Part shown: in pieces, positions 25,828-32,000 of the stretch
Numbering within the stretch: position 1 is the stretch's first letter
Layout: every line of letters starts with the position of its first letter
Origin: Propionibacterium ruminifibrarum
GTDB taxonomy: Bacteria > Actinomycetota > Actinomycetes > Propionibacteriales > Propionibacteriaceae
Direction of reading: 5' to 3'
Assembly: GCF_900289195.1 (NCBI RefSeq)
Contig: NZ_OMOH01000008.1
Span: 1-32,000 of the forward strand
DNA: 32,000 nucleotides
Translations under genes and position numbers: made by a program
Notes under the pieces: model-generated
The model's input: the letters and a program-made list of their open reading frames with translations, nothing else
Told to the model about the DNA's origin: nothing
Databases searched by the model: none

Positions 25828-27768
25828 TCAGTTGTCGAGCTGCTCGAACTTGCGGGCCCAGGCGGTACGCACCGGGTTCGCGTCCGCAACGAGCTTGTCG
25901 AAACGGTTCTCGGCGATGTCAACGACCTGACCCAGCGCCACCCGGCGCTCGAACTCGGGCGAGTGCTCAACCCGACGCCAGGCGTCGGCGATCATCTGCT
26001 CCCGCGAAGCAAGATTGGCCACGCACACGACCAACGGCATACCGAAACGCTCACTGTAAGCGGCCGAGGCGGCGGCGATCTCGCTGCGCTGCACGTCGTC
26101 CATGCGGTCGAGGGCGATGGATCCGGTGTCGAGCTGGGCCTGCCGGTCGCCCTGCCCCTCGTCGATGAGCTCGGCGATGTCGTAGTAGCCGCTCACGAGG
26201 GCCTTCTGATCGGCCGGGCTCGCGGTGAGGACGGCCTCCTCGAAGGCCTCGCGCAGGGCGCCGACCGAGGCGAACGGGCGGGCCTGCCCGGCGCGCTCGA
26301 CGGGCCAGGTGGAGCCGCTGAACAGCGAGCCGAAGGTCGACACGAAGTCGGCCTCGCTCATCTGGTTGACGGCCTCGAGACTGATCTTGCGGCCGTCGCT
26401 GACCGCCACGTCGGGGGTGCGGTGCGGGCCGACGTGGAAGAACAGGACGTTGAGGACGATCGCGACGATGGCGCCGAGGGTGACGCCGGAGCCGAAGAAG
26501 ATCTGGAGCCAGCCGGGCACCATCTCGGCGAGCTGGGGCTGCAGGGTGACCAGCAGTGCCAGGCCGATCGAGGTGGACACGATGACGGAGTTCCGGTTGT
26601 CGTGCAGGTCGACCTTCTGCAGGGTCTGGATGCCGACGACGGCGACGGAGGCGAACATGGCCAGCGAGGCGCCGCCGATGACCGGGGCGGGGATCGAGTC
26701 GACGACGGCGCCGGCCTTGGGCAGCAGGCCCAGGACGATCATGATGCCGCCGGCCGCGGTGACGACCCACCGGGACTTCACCCGCGACAGGCGTACGAGG
26801 CCGACGTTCTGCGCGAAGCAGGTGTAGGGGAACGAGTTGAGGATGCCGCCGAGCAGCGTGGACAGGCCGTCGGCGCGCAGGGCGTTGGCGATGTGCTCGG
26901 AGGTGATGCGTCGGCCCACGACCTCGCCGGTGGCGAAGACGTCCCCGGTGGTCTCGACGGCGGTGATGGCCATGACGATGACCATGGAGATGATGCCGGC
27001 CACGGTGAACCTGGGCAGGCCGAAGTAGAAGGGCGTCGTGACCCCGATGACGGCGGAGGAGCCGACGGCCGAGAAGTCGGCGTCGCCCAGCAGGAGGGCC
27101 GCCAGGGTGCCGACGACCAAGCCGATGAGCACCGAGATGGTGGCGACGAACCCCTTGAACAGCCACTGCACGGCGACGATGACGGCGAGCGTGAAGAGGG
27201 CGTAGCACAGGCCGCGGACGGTCAGGGCGGCGACGTCCTGGCCCGCGGTGGCGTTGGTGCCCCACGAGACGATGTCGGAGGCGGCGACGTTCATCAGCGT
27301 GGTGCCCATGATCGTCAGCAGGGTGCCGGTGACCACGGGCGGGAAGAAACGCAGGAGCCTGGCGAACAGCGGCGCGGCGAGGAAGGTGAGCAGGCCCGCG
27401 GCGATGATCGAGCCGTACATCGCGCCGAGCCCTGCGACACCGCCGCCGTTGGCCAGGCCGATGGCGATGAGCGGGCTCACCGCGGTGAAGGTGACGCCCT
27501 GCAGCAGGGGCAGGCGCACACCGATCCGCGGGCCGAGGCCCGCCGACTGGATGATCGAGGCGATGCCGCAGGTGAACAGGTCGGCGTTGATGAGGTGGAT
27601 CGTGGTCGCCGAGTCGAGGCCGAGGCCGCTGGCGATGACCAGGGGCACGACGACCGCGCCGGCGTAGAAGGCCAGGACGTGCTGGACCCCGAGCACGGCC
27701 AGCTTGCCCACCGGGGGCACCTGGTCGACTGGGTCCTTCACCTGTGCGGTGGTGGCGGTTTCGGACAT
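25828..27768 (-). CDS. NCS2-family nucleobase (xanthine/uric acid) permease fused to a C-terminal OHCU-decarboxylase (UraD)-like domain
   Basis: ATG at 27768 (MSETATTAQV...). The N-terminal ~460 aa carry NCS2 blocks: LGVQHVLAFYAGAVVVPL, LLQGVTFTAVSP, TTGDVFATGEV, ADGLSTLLGGILNSFPYTCFAQNVGLV and TRV.SR. The C-terminal 185 aa (25831-26385) carry UraD-like blocks: FVSTFGSLFSGSTWPVERA, RPFASVGALREAFEEAV and AYSERFGMPLVVCV. Confidence 0.8.
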   Translation of the reverse strand: MSETATTAQVKDPVDQVPPVGKLAVLGVQHVLAFYAGAVVVPLVIASGLGLDSATTIHLINADLFTCGIASIIQSAGLGPRIGVRLPLLQGVTFTAVSPLIAIGLANGGGVAGLGAMYGSIIAAGLLTFLAAPLFARLLRFFPPVVTGTLLTIMGTTLMNVAASDIVSWGTNATAGQDVAALTVRGLCYALFTLAVIVAVQWLFKGFVATISVLIGLVVGTLAALLLGDADFSAVGSSAVIGVTTPFYFGLPRFTVAGIISMVIVMAITAVETTGDVFATGEVVGRRITSEHIANALRADGLSTLLGGILNSFPYTCFAQNVGLVRLSRVKSRWVVTAAGGIMIVLGLLPKAGAVVDSIPAPVIGGASLAMFASVAVVGIQTLQKVDLHDNRNSVIVSTSIGLALLVTLQPQLAEMVPGWLQIFFGSGVTLGAIVAIVLNVLFFHVGPHRTPDVAVSDGRKISLEAVNQMSEADFVSTFGSLFSGSTWPVERAGQARPFASVGALREAFEEAVLTASPADQKALVSGYYDIAELIDEGQGDRQAQLDTGSIALDRMDDVQRSEIAAASAAYSERFGMPLVVCVANLASREQMIADAWRRVEHSPEFERRVALGQVVDIAENRFDKLVADANPVRTAWARKFEQLDN

Positions 27769-28030
27769 GTGGGAGAACTCCTGATGACGGCGTGCCCCCA
27801 CATTGTCCCGGAGTCGGCCCGGGGCCGGATCCCCTGCCTGCCTGGTGGGCGCGAATGGGCAGGGACGGGGCGTGCAGCAAGGCGTCCGGACGGTTCAGGC
27901 GTTCCCCGAGCCGGTGCCGAGCGCCCGGGCAGTTGTCCACATTCGGCCAGAACCCTTGTGGCCCGACGGGCGTGGCGGGTTGGCTTTCGACCACGGGATC
28001 GACGGTGATCCCCGGCGAAAGGCCCACCCC

Positions 28031-28675
28031 ATGGCTCCAGCACATCCACGGCCCGCGTTCAGGCAGCGGACGGCAAGTCCCTCGCTGCGTGCCCGCCGCA
28101 GCCCGCGGCTGATCCTCATCGGTGTTCTCTGCGCGTGTCTCGGCGGTCTGGGCTGTGCGCTCGCCTGGCAGCAGACCACCCACGCGCAGCAGGTGGTCGT
28201 CGCCGCCCGCGCACTGACCAAGGGCGAGCCCGTCGACGCCGCCGCCCTCACCACGACGAGCATCGGCGCAGCGGCGGGGGTCTCCACCGTGCCCGCCGAG
28301 AACATCGACGCCCTCATCGGGCGCACGGCACTCGTCGACCTTCCCGCGGGATCGGTCGTCGCGGCCGATTCCATCGGCGAACCGCGGATCGACGAGGCCT
28401 TCTCGGTGGTCGGCCTCCACCTGCCCGCCGGGCGCGTGCCGGGCACCCTCACGCCCGGGGCGGGCGTGATCCTGGCCACCGCCCCGGCGCCGAACGACGA
28501 CCCGGACGCCGAGTTCACCAGGGAGCAGACACCCGGCACCGTCGTCGGCACCCCGACCCAGGCCAGTGACGGCTCCTGGTCGCTCGACGTGCAGGTGGCC
28601 TCCGACATCGCACTGCACCTGGCCGCCCTGGCCGCCGTGGATCGTCTTGTCGTCGTGCAGACCGGCGGTGCCTGA
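28031..28675 (+). CDS. SAF-domain Flp pilus assembly protein (CpaB/RcpC-like)
   Basis: The ATG at 28031 gives a basic N-terminus, one TM helix (LILIGVLCACLGGLGCALAW) and a SAF-like beta domain (VVVAARALTKGEPVDAAALTT...ALIGRTALVDLPAGSVV). The stop overlaps the next ATG (TGATG at 28673-28677). Confidence 0.7.
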   Translation: MAPAHPRPAFRQRTASPSLRARRSPRLILIGVLCACLGGLGCALAWQQTTHAQQVVVAARALTKGEPVDAAALTTTSIGAAAGVSTVPAENIDALIGRTALVDLPAGSVVAADSIGEPRIDEAFSVVGLHLPAGRVPGTLTPGAGVILATAPAPNDDPDAEFTREQTPGTVVGTPTQASDGSWSLDVQVASDIALHLAALAAVDRLVVVQTGGA

Positions 28676-29532
28676 TGGTCCTCGTCCTGCTGTGTTCGGC
28701 GACCGGCTCGCCCGGCGTCACCACCTCGGCCCTGGCCCTGGCGCTCGGCTGGCCGCGCAGCGTGCTGCTCGTCGACTGCGACCGCGACCCCGCCCAGGCG
28801 GTGCAGGCCGGCTGGCTGCACGCGGCCCCGCTCGCCTCCCGCGGGCTCGTCGACCTCGCCCAGGCGCACCGGGAGCTGCAGCCGGTGGCGCCGCTGCTGT
28901 GGAGCCGCACCGTCGACCTCCTCGGCCCCGGCCACGACGGGCCGGACGGCACGGCCCGGGATCGCGGCCCGTCCCGGCGTTTCCTGCCCGGCTTCACCCA
29001 CCCGGGTTCGGCCGTCGTCTTCGAACCGGTCTGGGCAGAGCTGGCCGAGGCCCTCGCGGCGCTGTCGGGCAGCGGTGTCGACGTGGTCGTCGATGCCGGA
29101 CGCATCGGACGCACCGGCCTGCCCCGCCCGCTGCTGGCCGCAGCCGACGCGGTACTCGTCGTGGTCCGCAGCACCCTGCGCTCGCTGGCCGCCGCCCGCC
29201 TGCACCTGGACGGGCTGCGTGACGCGATCGTTGACGCCGGGGCCGGAGCGCAGCCAGGTTTCCTGGTCGTCGGCCCAGGCATGCCGTATGGCAACGCCGA
29301 GATCTCCCACCAGCTCGGCCTGGCCGTCGTGGCCGACATCGGCTGGCGGCCCGAGCAGGCGGCGGTGCTGAGCGATGGCCTGCCGGCCCCCCGGCGCTTC
29401 GAGCAGCGGGGGCTGATGCGCAGCGCCCGGGCGGCGGCCTCCGCGCTCGCCTCCGCGGCCGGCCCGGCGCGTGCGCCACGACCGGGGGCCGCCGCCGGTG
29501 ACACCACCGGGAGTCGCGATGAGCGCGCGTGA
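28675..29532 (+). CDS. ParA/MinD-fold TadZ/CpaE-like pilus-localisation protein with degenerate P-loop
   Basis: The N-terminus VLVLLCSATGSPGVTTSALALALGW sits where MinD/ParA proteins have the deviant Walker A KGGxGKT/S, and no Lys is present here. Later blocks are VVVDAGR and ADAVLVVVRSTLRSL. Its position between the SAF protein and TadA is as in actinobacterial tad loci. Confidence 0.65.
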   Translation: MVLVLLCSATGSPGVTTSALALALGWPRSVLLVDCDRDPAQAVQAGWLHAAPLASRGLVDLAQAHRELQPVAPLLWSRTVDLLGPGHDGPDGTARDRGPSRRFLPGFTHPGSAVVFEPVWAELAEALAALSGSGVDVVVDAGRIGRTGLPRPLLAAADAVLVVVRSTLRSLAAARLHLDGLRDAIVDAGAGAQPGFLVVGPGMPYGNAEISHQLGLAVVADIGWRPEQAAVLSDGLPAPRRFEQRGLMRSARAAASALASAAGPARAPRPGAAAGDTTGSRDERA

Positions 29533-31108
29533 GACGACCCGGCCCGGCCCCGCCGACCTGCCCGGCCTCGGACTCGGTCAGGCGTTCTCGGGGCTGCGCA
29601 CCACCCCTCCCCCGGCGGGCTGGGCGGCACGAGCGCTGCGCGAGCAGAGCCTCCCCCAGGACCCCGAGCGGCCTCGGGCCGCCCGAGGTCTGCCGGGGCC
29701 GGCCGGCGCACAGTCCGGACCCGGGCGAGGCGTGGACGACGACGGCCCGGGTCGGCAGGGGCCGGTCCTCGCCGAGGACGCCAAGCCCGACTGGCAGGTC
29801 GTCATCGCCCTGCGGGCCACCGCGTCCGAACTCATCACCGAGCGCCAGGGGCAGTGGGAGCAGGAGCACCGGCGCCCGATGGCGCCAGAGGACCGGCGCC
29901 TCATGGGCCGTTCGATCATCACCCGGGTCGTCCACGAGCACGCCGACGAGCTGAACCGTTCCGGTCAGGCCCTGTGGCCGCTGGCGCTCGAGAACCGCTA
30001 CGCGAAGGCGGTCGAGGACGCGGTCTTCGGCTACGGGCGCATGCAGCCGGTCTTCGACATCCCCGACGCCGAGAACATCGAGATTCACGGTTTCGACAAC
30101 GTCGTCGCCCAGTTCGGTGACGGGAGCCGCCGCGAGCTGGAGCCGGTGGCCGACTCGGACGAGGAACTCGTCGCGGCAGTGCGTTTCCTCGGGGAGAACG
30201 CACACCCGCCCCGGCCGTTCGACGACGCGCACCCGACGATCACCGTGGCGATCGGCGACCGCTTCAGACTGCACGCCGTCGGGTTCGGGCTGGCGGACCG
30301 GCCCTCGGTCATCATCCGCCAGCACCTGCTCACCGACATCGGTCTCGGGCAACTGGCGGCCGGCGGACTCATGCCCCGCGAGGTCGCCGACCTGCTGCGC
30401 CGTGCGGTCCTGGCCCGCCTGTCGATCGTCATCTCGGGCGACCAGGGCGCCGGGAAGACGACCCTGCTGAGGGCGCTCGTCGACGCGATCCCGGACACCG
30501 AGCGCTTCGGCACCCTCGAAACCGACTACGAGCTGCTCACCCACCTGCAGCCACGCCGGCGCAACATGGTGGCGCTCCAGGCAACGATCGGGCTCGGCGA
30601 GGTGGTCGACGGCCGCCGCATCGGCGAGTACACGGTGGCCGACCTGATCCCCGAGGCCCTGCGCCAGAACCTCACCCGGCTGGTCGTCGGCGAGGTGCGC
30701 GGCAACGAGGCGGGCGCGATGGTGCAGGCGATGCAGTCGGGTGCGGGCGCCCTCACGACGACGCACTCCCACTCGGCTGCGGCGACGATGGACCGGCTGG
30801 CGGCAAGGGTCGCCGCCGGCGGAGTGCTGCGCCTCGACGAGGCCTACCGCCAGATCGCCCACAACATCCGCCTGCTCGTTCATGTCCAGCTGCTGGACGA
30901 GAGCTGGCGCGGCGGCGGAAGGCGCCGGTTCATCAGCGAGATCCGTGCCCTGACGGGCGCGGTCGAGAACGACCGCCCGGTGACGCACCTGGTGTACCGG
31001 ACCGACCGCACCGGTGTCCCCACGGTCTTCGACCCCGGTGAGGAACTGCTCGCCGAGCTGGAACCCTTCACCGACACGAGGCCCGCCGGCGACCGGGGGC
31101 TGCCATGA
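29519..31108 (+). CDS. tadA: Tad/Flp pilus secretion ATPase TadA/CpaF (type II/IV secretion NTPase)
   Basis: It has the Walker A motif IVISGDQGAGKTTLLRAL and the Asp/His boxes (LRQNLTRLVVGEVRGNEAGAMVQAMQSGAG.LTT.HS). The N-terminal ~130 aa are Pro/Arg/Gly-rich. The start is ATG 29519 (GGGAG upstream) or GTG 29471. The stop overlaps the next ATG (ATGA at 31105-31108). Confidence 0.88.
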   Translation: MSARETTRPGPADLPGLGLGQAFSGLRTTPPPAGWAARALREQSLPQDPERPRAARGLPGPAGAQSGPGRGVDDDGPGRQGPVLAEDAKPDWQVVIALRATASELITERQGQWEQEHRRPMAPEDRRLMGRSIITRVVHEHADELNRSGQALWPLALENRYAKAVEDAVFGYGRMQPVFDIPDAENIEIHGFDNVVAQFGDGSRRELEPVADSDEELVAAVRFLGENAHPPRPFDDAHPTITVAIGDRFRLHAVGFGLADRPSVIIRQHLLTDIGLGQLAAGGLMPREVADLLRRAVLARLSIVISGDQGAGKTTLLRALVDAIPDTERFGTLETDYELLTHLQPRRRNMVALQATIGLGEVVDGRRIGEYTVADLIPEALRQNLTRLVVGEVRGNEAGAMVQAMQSGAGALTTTHSHSAAATMDRLAARVAAGGVLRLDEAYRQIAHNIRLLVHVQLLDESWRGGGRRRFISEIRALTGAVENDRPVTHLVYRTDRTGVPTVFDPGEELLAELEPFTDTRPAGDRGLP

Positions 31109-32000
31109 GCCCGCTCGCCGCGGCCTCCGCCGCACTGCTGGTCATGGGCGTGGCCACGGCCGCCCGGGGCGCCCTCCCGGCGGCTCGTGTCGGCCCGCCC
31201 GCGCAACAGAACCGCTTGTCCACAGCATTGTCAACAGGGCTGTGGACACGGTGCGTGTCATGGTGGACAACGTCCTCGCGGGCGCGCCGGCTCCAGGTGA
31301 TCGCTGCCGGTGGCTGCGGGCTCGCCGGTTTCGCACTCACCCGCCAGCCGCTGGTCCTGGCCGGCCTGCCGGCCCTCGTCATCGTGCTCCCGCCGCTGCT
31401 GTCCGCCCCGGCGAACCGGGACGTCGCCGTCCTCGAGGCACTCGACCGGTGGGTCCGCCTGCTGATCGGGTCGGTGTCGACGGGCAAGTCGACGGCCGAC
31501 GCGATCCGCGCCACCCGCGCCCAGCTGCCCCCGCTGCTCCGCGCGCCGGTGGACGCGGTGATCGCCAGGCTGGATGCGCGCTGGACGCTGGACGAGGCGT
31601 TGCGCGCCATGGCCGACGACCTGGACAGCCCCGACGCCGATGCCGTGGTCGCCGCCCTCATCGTCGCCGCCCGGCGCGGCGGCGTCGGCTCGACCGATGC
31701 ACTGCGCGCCCTCGGCCAGCACACCCGCCGGCGCCTGGCCGCGCTGCGCGAGATCGAGGCGGAACGGGCGAAACCGCGGGTCGTCGTGCGCCAGGTCACG
31801 GCCATCACCGTGACCGTGCTGGCCGGTGTGGCGCTGGTGAACCCGGGCTACCTGGCGCCCTACGGGAGCGGAGCCGGGCAACTCGTCGGCGCGCTGCTGC
31901 TGGCCGCCTACCTGGCCTCGCTCCTCATGCTGCGCGTGGTGGCCCGTCCCCGGCGCCGTGAACGCATCCTGCAGTCGGCGGGTGGTCGCCGTGGTCGTTG
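31105..32000 (+). CDS. tadB: type II secretion system F family protein TadB, 3' end runs to or beyond the window edge
   Basis: My own translation of the frame starting at ATG 31105 has no stop through 32000, which is why it is absent from the ORF track. It reads MSPLAAASAALLVMGVA...LEALDRWVRLLIGSVSTGKSTADAIRAT...LDEALRAMADDLDSPDADAVVAALIVAARRGG...ERAKPRVVVRQVTAITVTVLAGVAL. This fits a T2SSF domain flanked by TM helices. The track ORF 31014..31961 is the shadow frame. Confidence 0.75.
   Translation, partial: MSPLAAASAALLVMGVATAARGALPAARVGPPAQQNRLSTALSTGLWTRCVSWWTTSSRARRLQVIAAGGCGLAGFALTRQPLVLAGLPALVIVLPPLLSAPANRDVAVLEALDRWVRLLIGSVSTGKSTADAIRATRAQLPPLLRAPVDAVIARLDARWTLDEALRAMADDLDSPDADAVVAALIVAARRGGVGSTDALRALGQHTRRRLAALREIEAERAKPRVVVRQVTAITVTVLAGVALVNPGYLAPYGSGAGQLVGALLLAAYLASLLMLRVVARPRRRERILQSAGGRRGR

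Noticed and set aside
27798-27943. Two related short motifs, CCACATTGTCC (27798-27808) and TTGTCCACATT (27933-27943), in the permease/tad divergent region
   Set aside because: The shared core is only about 7 nt and the arrangement is permuted, so this could easily be chance. It could be revisited if a regulator of the permease is identified.
26051-28618. 855-aa minus-strand ORF overlapping the permease and the tad start
   Set aside because: It is in a different frame from the convincing NCS2 permease gene and antisense to the SAF gene. The translation is dominated by R/G/P/H runs. Shadow ORF.
28994-31961. 713-aa minus-strand ORF (28994..31135) and 315-aa plus-strand ORF (31014..31961)
   Set aside because: The first is antisense to TadZ-like/TadA, and the second is an alternate frame of tadB. 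Both give low-complexity Arg/Pro-rich translations. The frame starting at 31105 gives a clear T2SSF protein.

Overview
This is a very GC-rich window (roughly 70% or more by eye) with Actinomycetota-style codon usage; I cannot place it more precisely. It looks like ordinary chromosomal core, densely packed on both strands. I saw no rRNA, tRNA, CRISPR array, transposase or integrase.

Gene content from left to right:
- Tail of a respiratory nitrate reductase operon (narJ, narI, possibly the last codons of narH).
- A winged-helix regulator, then a molybdenum-cofactor block (moaD, moaE, moeB, moeA, moaC).
- A membrane-anchored hypothetical protein.
- A convergent HIT-mog pair.
- A small high-GC3 ORF, then a HisKA_3 sensor kinase and a NarL/LuxR response regulator.
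- A 523-bp non-coding stretch ahead of an MFS transporter, then a MarC-family membrane protein.
- A minus-strand mshA-like GT4 / mshB-like PIG-L deacetylase / PRPP-synthetase-paralogue operon.
- A lipoprotein and a MalY/PatB-type PLP C-S lyase.
- A HemD-domain::OmpR-type winged-helix fusion.
- A zeta-toxin toxin-antitoxin pair with atypical codon usage.
- The large glutamine-dependent nadE.
- A divergent MarR / Bcr-CflA MFS pair with an AT-rich palindrome between them, then a DUF2218 protein.
- An NCS2 nucleobase permease fused to an OHCU-decarboxylase-like domain.
- The start of an actinobacterial Tad/Flp pilus operon (SAF/CpaB-like, TadZ-like, TadA/CpaF, TadB running off the window).

I did not find anything I can defend as a clearly new multi-gene system. 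The most second-look-worthy items are:
- the permease::UraD-like fusion with an apparently degenerate active-site motif;
- the HemD::wHTH one-component regulator;
- the low-GC3 zeta TA islet;
- the structured 523-bp leader;
- the mshA-mshB-prs linkage;
- the HIT-mog translational coupling;
- a Cys-less MoeB;
- a small ORF upstream of the two-component system.

Most long ORFs in the track on the opposite strand or in alternate frames are high-GC shadow ORFs.
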